DNA from: Synechococcus elongatus PCC 6301 | GTDB taxonomy: Bacteria; Cyanobacteriota; Cyanobacteriia; Synechococcales; Synechococcaceae | Direction of reading: 5' to 3' | Length of the DNA: 32,000 bases | Assembly: GCF_000010065.1 (NCBI RefSeq) | Contig: NC_006576.1 | Span: 1,710,001-1,742,000, forward strand | In this document: positions 27,070 through 32,000 of the stretch, one piece after another | Layout: each line of letters begins with the position of its first letter | Position numbering within the stretch: position 1 is the first letter of the stretch | Position numbers and translations under genes: made by a program | Notes under the pieces: generated by a model | What the model was told of the DNA's origin: nothing | Database searches by the model: none | Seen by the model: the letters and a program-made list of their open reading frames with translations, nothing else

Positions 27070-28313
27070 TGTTTGAAACGATTTTTGCGCTGCTGATTGT
27101 TCTAGGCGCTGGCGCCGGGGCTGGCAGCTTAGTCCTGCGCAATCTCTACTACATCTGCCAACCCAGTGAAATTTTGATCTTTGCTGGCAGTAGTCGCCGC
27201 AGTAGTGATGGCCGCCGAGTTGGCTATCGCTTGGTCAAGGGCGGCAGCAGCCTGCGGGTACCTCTGCTGGAAAAAGCGCTCCGCATGGATCTGACCAACA
27301 TGATCATTGAGTTGCGCGTTTCCAATGCCTTCTCCAAGGGCGGCATTCCCCTGACTGTTGAAGGCGTTGCCAATATCAAGATTGCTGGGGAAGAACCGAC
27401 CATCCACAACGCGATCGAGCGGCTGCTTGGCAAAAACCGTAAGGAAATCGAGCAAATTGCCAAGGAGACCCTCGAAGGCAACTTGCGTGGTGTTTTAGCC
27501 AGCCTCACGCCGGAGCAGATCAACGAGGACAAAATTGCCTTTGCCAAAAGTCTGCTGGAAGAGGCGGAGGATGACCTTGAGCAGCTGGGTCTAGTCCTCG
27601 ATACGCTGCAAGTCCAGAACATTTCCGATGAGGTCGGTTATCTCTCGGCTAGTGGACGCAAGCAGCGGGCTGATCTGCAGCGAGATGCCCGAATTGCTGA
27701 AGCCGATGCCCAGGCTGCCTCTGCGATCCAAACGGCCGAAAATGACAAGATCACGGCCCTGCGTCGGATCGATCGCGATGTAGCGATCGCCCAAGCCGAG
27801 GCCGAGCGCCGGATTCAGGATGCGTTGACGCGGCGCGAAGCGGTGGTGGCCGAAGCTGAAGCGGACATTGCTACCGAAGTCGCTCGTAGCCAAGCAGAAC
27901 TCCCTGTGCAGCAGGAGCGGATCAAACAGGTGCAGCAGCAACTTCAAGCCGATGTGATCGCCCCAGCTGAGGCAGCTTGTAAACGGGCGATCGCGGAAGC
28001 GCGGGGGGCCGCCGCCCGTATCGTCGAAGATGGAAAAGCTCAAGCGGAAGGGACCCAACGGCTGGCGGAGGCTTGGCAGACCGCTGGTGCTAATGCCCGC
28101 GACATCTTCCTGCTCCAGAAGCTCGAGTCCCTGCTCGTCACGCTTTCAGGCACCGTGCCAGATATCGACGTGGAGTCGATCACTGTGATTGGCGAAGGGG
28201 AAGGCAGCGCTACCCAAATCGCTAGCTTGCTGGAGAAGCTGAAACAAACCACGGGCATTGATCTGGCGAAATCCCTACCGGGTCAATCCGACTCGCCCGC
28301 TGCGAAGTCCTAA
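27069..28313 (+). CDS. Flotillin-like SPFH/Band-7 domain protein (paralogue 2)
   Basis: Same architecture and clearly paralogous to the preceding gene (QPSEILIFAG...TLEGNLRGVLASLTPEQINEDK). The start overlaps the upstream stop (TAATG at 27067-27071). Confidence 0.85.
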   Translation: MFETIFALLIVLGAGAGAGSLVLRNLYYICQPSEILIFAGSSRRSSDGRRVGYRLVKGGSSLRVPLLEKALRMDLTNMIIELRVSNAFSKGGIPLTVEGVANIKIAGEEPTIHNAIERLLGKNRKEIEQIAKETLEGNLRGVLASLTPEQINEDKIAFAKSLLEEAEDDLEQLGLVLDTLQVQNISDEVGYLSASGRKQRADLQRDARIAEADAQAASAIQTAENDKITALRRIDRDVAIAQAEAERRIQDALTRREAVVAEAEADIATEVARSQAELPVQQERIKQVQQQLQADVIAPAEAACKRAIAEARGAAARIVEDGKAQAEGTQRLAEAWQTAGANARDIFLLQKLESLLVTLSGTVPDIDVESITVIGEGEGSATQIASLLEKLKQTTGIDLAKSLPGQSDSPAAKS

Positions 28314-28373
28314 GAGATAGCGATGTGACCGCGATCGCTTGTCAAGAATCCCAGTGATCCCGAACCATAGGAA

Positions 28374-28399
28374 GGCAAGCTCAATGCTTGCCTCGTCTT
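28374..28399 (+). terminator. Candidate intrinsic terminator after the flotillin operon
   Basis: GGCAAGC (28374-28380) pairs with GCTTGCC (28386-28392) across a 5-nt loop, followed by TCGTCTT. The U-tract is imperfect. Confidence 0.4.
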
Positions 28400-28412
28400 G
28401 AGGACTATCTAG

Positions 28413-28868
28413 ATGTCTGTGGAACGCACATTTATTGCCATCAAGCCCGATGGCGTTCAGCGGGGTTTGGTCGGTACGATCATCGGCCGCTTTGAGCAAA
28501 AAGGCTTCAAACTGGTGGGCCTAAAGCAGCTGAAGCCCAGTCGCGAGCTGGCCGAACAGCACTATGCTGTCCACCGCGAGCGCCCCTTCTTCAATGGCCT
28601 CGTCGAGTTCATCACCTCTGGGCCGATCGTGGCGATCGTCTTGGAAGGCGAAGGCGTTGTGGCGGCTGCTCGCAAGTTGATCGGCGCTACCAATCCGCTG
28701 ACGGCAGAACCGGGCACCATCCGTGGTGATTTTGGTGTCAATATTGGCCGCAACATCATCCATGGCTCGGATGCAATCGAAACAGCACAACAGGAAATTG
28801 CTCTCTGGTTTAGCCCAGCAGAGCTAAGTGATTGGACCCCCACGATTCAACCCTGGCTGTACGAATAA
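28413..28868 (+). CDS. ndk: Nucleoside diphosphate kinase
   Basis: [18 protein letters not shown], and the NIIHGSD active-site His motif. Confidence 0.95.
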   Translation: MSVERTFIAIKPDGVQRGLVGTIIGRFEQKGFKLVGLKQLKPSRELAEQHYAVHRERPFFNGLVEFITSGPIVAIVLEGEGVVAAARKLIGATNPLTAEPGTIRGDFGVNIGRNIIHGSDAIETAQQEIALWFSPAELSDWTPTIQPWLYE

Positions 28869-28897
28869 GGTCTGCATTCCTTCAGAGAGACATTGCC

Positions 28898-30097
28898 ATG
28901 CCCGTGCTGCGATCGCCCTTCCAAGCTGCCTTGCCCCGCTGTTTCGGGCTGGCAGCCCTGGCGTTGGGGCTGGCGACCGCTTGCCAAGAAAGCAGCGCTC
29001 CGCCGGCTGCCGGATCCCAGCCCTTGGGCTTGGCGATCGCTCAAACCGGCAATGCCTCTCTGTTTGGTCAGGAACAGTTGGCGGGTCTTCAGATTGCCAA
29101 AGCAGTCTTTGAACGACCTGCTACTGGTGTTCCGATTGACTTTCGCTTGCAGGACAGTGGCAGTGATGAAGCCAGTGCAATCAATGCCTTCCAGACGTTG
29201 ATCAACGTCAATGAAGTGGTCGCGATCATTGGTCCGACCCTGTCGCAGCAAGCCTTTGGAGCCGATCCAATCGCTGAACGCGCCGGTGTGCCTGTCCTAG
29301 CCGCCTCGAATACCGCCAAGGGAATTCCAGAACTCGGCCAATTTATCGTCCGCCTCTCGGCTCCGGCCGCCGTCGTTGCGCCCCAAGCGATCGCGGCAGC
29401 CCGCAAGCTCAATCCTCAAGCGCAACGGGTGGTGGTTGTCTACGCCCAAGATGATGCTTACTCGCGCTCGGAGACAGAAGTTTTTCAAAAAGCGGTCAAA
29501 GACGCTGGCTTGAATCTGACGCTGGTGCAGCGCTACCAAGTCAGTGACAGCGACTTTCAAGGCTTGATCAGTCAAGCACTCCAGCAGAAGCCCGATATCA
29601 TCGTGCTCTCGTCGCTAGCAGCCGATGGTGGCAACCTCGTGCGGCAACTGCGAGAGCTAGGCTATGGCGGTCTGATCGTCGGCGGCAACGGCTTCAATAC
29701 GCCGAATGTGTTCCCCGTCTGCCAGCAGCGCTGCGACGGTATCATCGTCGCCCAAACCTACAGTCCCAACTTCGATAGCCCCGTCAACAAGGACTTTCGC
29801 CAGCGATACGAGGCCCAGTTTGGTAAACAGCCCTCGCAGTTTAGTGCCCAGATTTTTTCAGCAGTACAGGTGATTGCAGAATCACTGAACCGCGTCAACC
29901 AAAAGCAACCGGTGGTAGACCTTCCCCTACCGGAGCGCCGTAAAGCTTTGCTGCAAGCGATGCTGACGGGCACCTATGACACGCCGTTAGGGCGTCTCTC
30001 GTTTACACCTGGCGGTGAAGTCAACCAAGAGCAGTTCTACGTGGCGCGGATTCGCATGAAGCCCGACGGTCAAGGCGACTTTGAGTTGTTGCCCTAA
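28898..30097 (+). CDS. ABC transporter periplasmic substrate-binding protein, Leu/Ile/Val-binding (LivJ/NatB-like) family
   Basis: ATG 28898 gives MPVLRSPFQAALPRCFGLAALALGLATAC, a signal peptide with a Cys (possible lipoprotein). The body is Peripla_BP_6-like (LGLAIAQTGNASLFG...IIGPTLSQ). Confidence 0.85.
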   Translation: MPVLRSPFQAALPRCFGLAALALGLATACQESSAPPAAGSQPLGLAIAQTGNASLFGQEQLAGLQIAKAVFERPATGVPIDFRLQDSGSDEASAINAFQTLINVNEVVAIIGPTLSQQAFGADPIAERAGVPVLAASNTAKGIPELGQFIVRLSAPAAVVAPQAIAAARKLNPQAQRVVVVYAQDDAYSRSETEVFQKAVKDAGLNLTLVQRYQVSDSDFQGLISQALQQKPDIIVLSSLAADGGNLVRQLRELGYGGLIVGGNGFNTPNVFPVCQQRCDGIIVAQTYSPNFDSPVNKDFRQRYEAQFGKQPSQFSAQIFSAVQVIAESLNRVNQKQPVVDLPLPERRKALLQAMLTGTYDTPLGRLSFTPGGEVNQEQFYVARIRMKPDGQGDFELLP

Positions 30098-31038
30098 TGG
30101 ATTGGTTGCAACCGCTGATCAATGGTCTGGCCATCGGGGGCGTCTATGCCCTGTTTGCCTTGGGGTATACCTTGGTCTTTTCGATCCTGGGGGTCATTAA
30201 CTTTGCCCATGGTGCCGTTTTTACCCTCGGTGCCTACCTGACTTACGCTCTAGTGGGTGGGCGTTTCAGCTTCAACGGGTTGCTCGCCAATGCCGCGCTG
30301 CCCTTCAGTTTGCCGTTCGCCTTGGCTCTGCTGCTCGGCAGTTTGCTGGCCGGCGGTGCCAGCCTCTTGATTGAGCAAGTGGCCTTTCGTCCCCTGCGCC
30401 GCCGCCAAGCGGATCCCCTCCTAACCCTGATCTCCAGCCTTGGCGTGGCGGTGTTTATCGTCAATTTGATTCAAATCTTGGTGGGAGCCGAGATTTACAC
30501 CTTCCCAAGCAACATCTACGGCGACCTACCCAGTGCCATCAACTTAGGCAGCAGCGATCGCCCGATCCAGATCCGCACGGTGCAAATCATCCTGTTTGTC
30601 GTGGCGATCGCGATGTTCAGTCTGCTGACTTGGCTGATCAACGGCACCCGCGTTGGCCATGCCCTGAAAGCTGTTGCCGAAGATGCCACCACCGCTAGCC
30701 TGCTGGGCATCGATCCCGATCGCTACATCCGGCTGACCTTCTTCCTGAGTGGCGTCCTTGGTGGTTTGGCGGGCACCTTGGTCGGTACCAGTGTCAGTAT
30801 CACCGGCCCCTATTTCGGGATTGCCTACGGGCTGAAAGGCCTGAGTGTGATGGTCTTAGGTGGACTCGGCAATATTCCCGGCACGATTGCGGGCGGCTTG
30901 TTGTTGGGTCTGGCGGAAGCTTGGGTGCCGCCACAATGGTCGGGCTATCGCGATGCCGTTGCCTTTGCGCTGCTATTTGCCATGCTCTTGATCCGTCCCC
31001 AGGGCTTGTTTAGTCGTGCTCGGACAGAGAAGGTGTAG
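30097..31038 (+). CDS. livH: Branched-chain/neutral amino acid ABC transporter permease (LivH-type)
   Basis: 313-aa polytopic membrane ORF. The N-terminus LINGLAIGGVYALFALGYTLVF is typical of LivH. The start overlaps the upstream stop (TAATG). In cyanobacteria this family is named Nat. Confidence 0.85.
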   Translation: MDWLQPLINGLAIGGVYALFALGYTLVFSILGVINFAHGAVFTLGAYLTYALVGGRFSFNGLLANAALPFSLPFALALLLGSLLAGGASLLIEQVAFRPLRRRQADPLLTLISSLGVAVFIVNLIQILVGAEIYTFPSNIYGDLPSAINLGSSDRPIQIRTVQIILFVVAIAMFSLLTWLINGTRVGHALKAVAEDATTASLLGIDPDRYIRLTFFLSGVLGGLAGTLVGTSVSITGPYFGIAYGLKGLSVMVLGGLGNIPGTIAGGLLLGLAEAWVPPQWSGYRDAVAFALLFAMLLIRPQGLFSRARTEKV

Positions 31039-31041
31039 AGC

Positions 31042-31965
31042 ATGGGCAATGTGGTCGCCACCTACGGGTTTCTGTTGGTTTCGATGCTGCTGGGCGCGAC
31101 GCTGGGTCTGTCAGTCTATCTGCCGCTGATGGCAGGACAACTATCCTTGGCATCGCCCGCTTTCTATGCTCTGGGCGGCTATCTGGCGGCCATCCTCTCG
31201 ACGAAAGGTCTGACTGCCAGCCCTGAATACAGTGTTGGGGCTTTGCTGCTAGAGATGGGTCTTGCAGCGATCGCGGCGGCGGTTCTCGCCTTTCTGGTCG
31301 GCTATCCGGTGCTGCGGCTGCGCGGCATTTATCTGGCAATCGCCACGATCGCGCTCGTGGAAATTGTGCGGGTTGTCGCACTGAATCTCTCGATCACGGG
31401 CGGTGCCGTCGGCATTTTTGGGATTCCCCAGCCCTTTAGCTCGGCGGTTGGCTACCTCTGGATTGCCTTGCCGCTGCTGCTGATCGCAGTTGCTGCCTGC
31501 TGGCGCCTGCAACAGGTGCGGACTGGCCTAGTGCTGGCCGCAATCCGTGAAGATGAACTCGCAGCCAGTGCGATCGCGGTCAACACAACCCGCTACAAGG
31601 TGCTGGCCTTTGTGCTGGGGGCGGTTCTGGCCAGCCTTGTCGGAGCGGTTAGCGCCCACTTCCTCAATACCTGGAACCCGCGCCAAGGCACCTTTGATGC
31701 CAGCATCACCTTTCTGGCCTTTGTGCTGATCGGCGGATCGCGCAGTGCCTTTGGCCCTGTGTTGGGCGGGATGGTGCTGACTGCCTTGCCAGAACTATTG
31801 CGGGCGATCGGTTCGGTGCCGGGCTTGTGGCCGGGACTGAGTCGCCTCTTGCAGGACGGTCGCCTGTTGATTTTTGGGCTGCTGCTGGTCTTGGGCAGCA
31901 TCTATTTCCCGCAGGGATTGATCAAGCCCCGCGCCAGCCAGCCACGCCGACGGAGGACCTCATGA
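31042..31965 (+). CDS. livM: Branched-chain/neutral amino acid ABC transporter permease (LivM-type)
   Basis: 307-aa polytopic membrane ORF with LSLASPAFYALGGYLAAIL and LRLRGIYLAIATIAL, typical of LivM. Confidence 0.85.
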   Translation: MGNVVATYGFLLVSMLLGATLGLSVYLPLMAGQLSLASPAFYALGGYLAAILSTKGLTASPEYSVGALLLEMGLAAIAAAVLAFLVGYPVLRLRGIYLAIATIALVEIVRVVALNLSITGGAVGIFGIPQPFSSAVGYLWIALPLLLIAVAACWRLQQVRTGLVLAAIREDELAASAIAVNTTRYKVLAFVLGAVLASLVGAVSAHFLNTWNPRQGTFDASITFLAFVLIGGSRSAFGPVLGGMVLTALPELLRAIGSVPGLWPGLSRLLQDGRLLIFGLLLVLGSIYFPQGLIKPRASQPRRRRTS

Positions 31966-32000
31966 GCCTCCTGCAGCTCGAGCAAGTGACGCGCCGCTTT
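31962..32000 (+). CDS. livG: ABC transporter ATP-binding protein (LivG-type), 5' fragment truncated by the window edge
   Basis: ATG overlaps the livM stop (ATGA at 31962-31965). MSLLQLEQVTRRF is the usual start of LivG/LivF-type ATPases. Only 13 codons are visible. Confidence 0.6.
   Translation, partial: MSLLQLEQVTRRF

Noticed and set aside
27591-28058. 155-aa - strand ORF (similar ones lie at 25154-25552, 25251-25643 and 28847-29251)
   Set aside because: These are antisense shadows of the flotillin, NfeD and substrate-binding genes, with no independent support.
28832-28897. N-terminal extension of the substrate-binding protein ORF overlapping the ndk 3' end
   Set aside because: The extension is opened by a non-ATG codon inside ndk. 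ATG 28898 gives a proper signal peptide, so the overlap is an ORF-calling artefact.

Overview
This window looks like a core chromosomal segment of a Synechococcus elongatus-type cyanobacterium. The evidence is very dense HIP1 octamers (GCGATCGC), roughly 55-58% GC in most genes, the photosynthesis genes por and btpA, and the gene order tig / gpsA ... glgA ... argF-btpA / rimO ... cysH ... por ... ndk-ABC transporter. I call 31 protein-coding genes (one partial at the right edge, one apparently frameshifted) and one tRNA-Ala(GGC), plus a few weak terminator and promoter candidates. I saw no rRNA, CRISPR array, transposase, integrase or recognisable defence island, so most of the window is ordinary housekeeping DNA. 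The leads worth a second look, all modest, are:
- An uninterrupted 770-aa ORF fuses glycerol-3-phosphate dehydrogenase (GpsA) in frame to a PIN-PhoH2 RNase/ATPase.
- GC content and HIP1 density drop starting exactly at that fusion joint. The atypical stretch covers PhoH2, a tightly coupled LOG-family gene and a MASE1-PAS-GGDEF-EAL c-di-GMP gene.
- A 1-nt frameshift in a T6 run splits the MASE1 N-terminus of that c-di-GMP gene.
- An NfeD gene is followed by two translationally coupled flotillin paralogues.
- A divergent second IF-1-like gene is present.
- A perfect 14-bp 5-4-5 palindrome lies upstream of por.
I cannot claim a clearly novel system from sequence reading alone.
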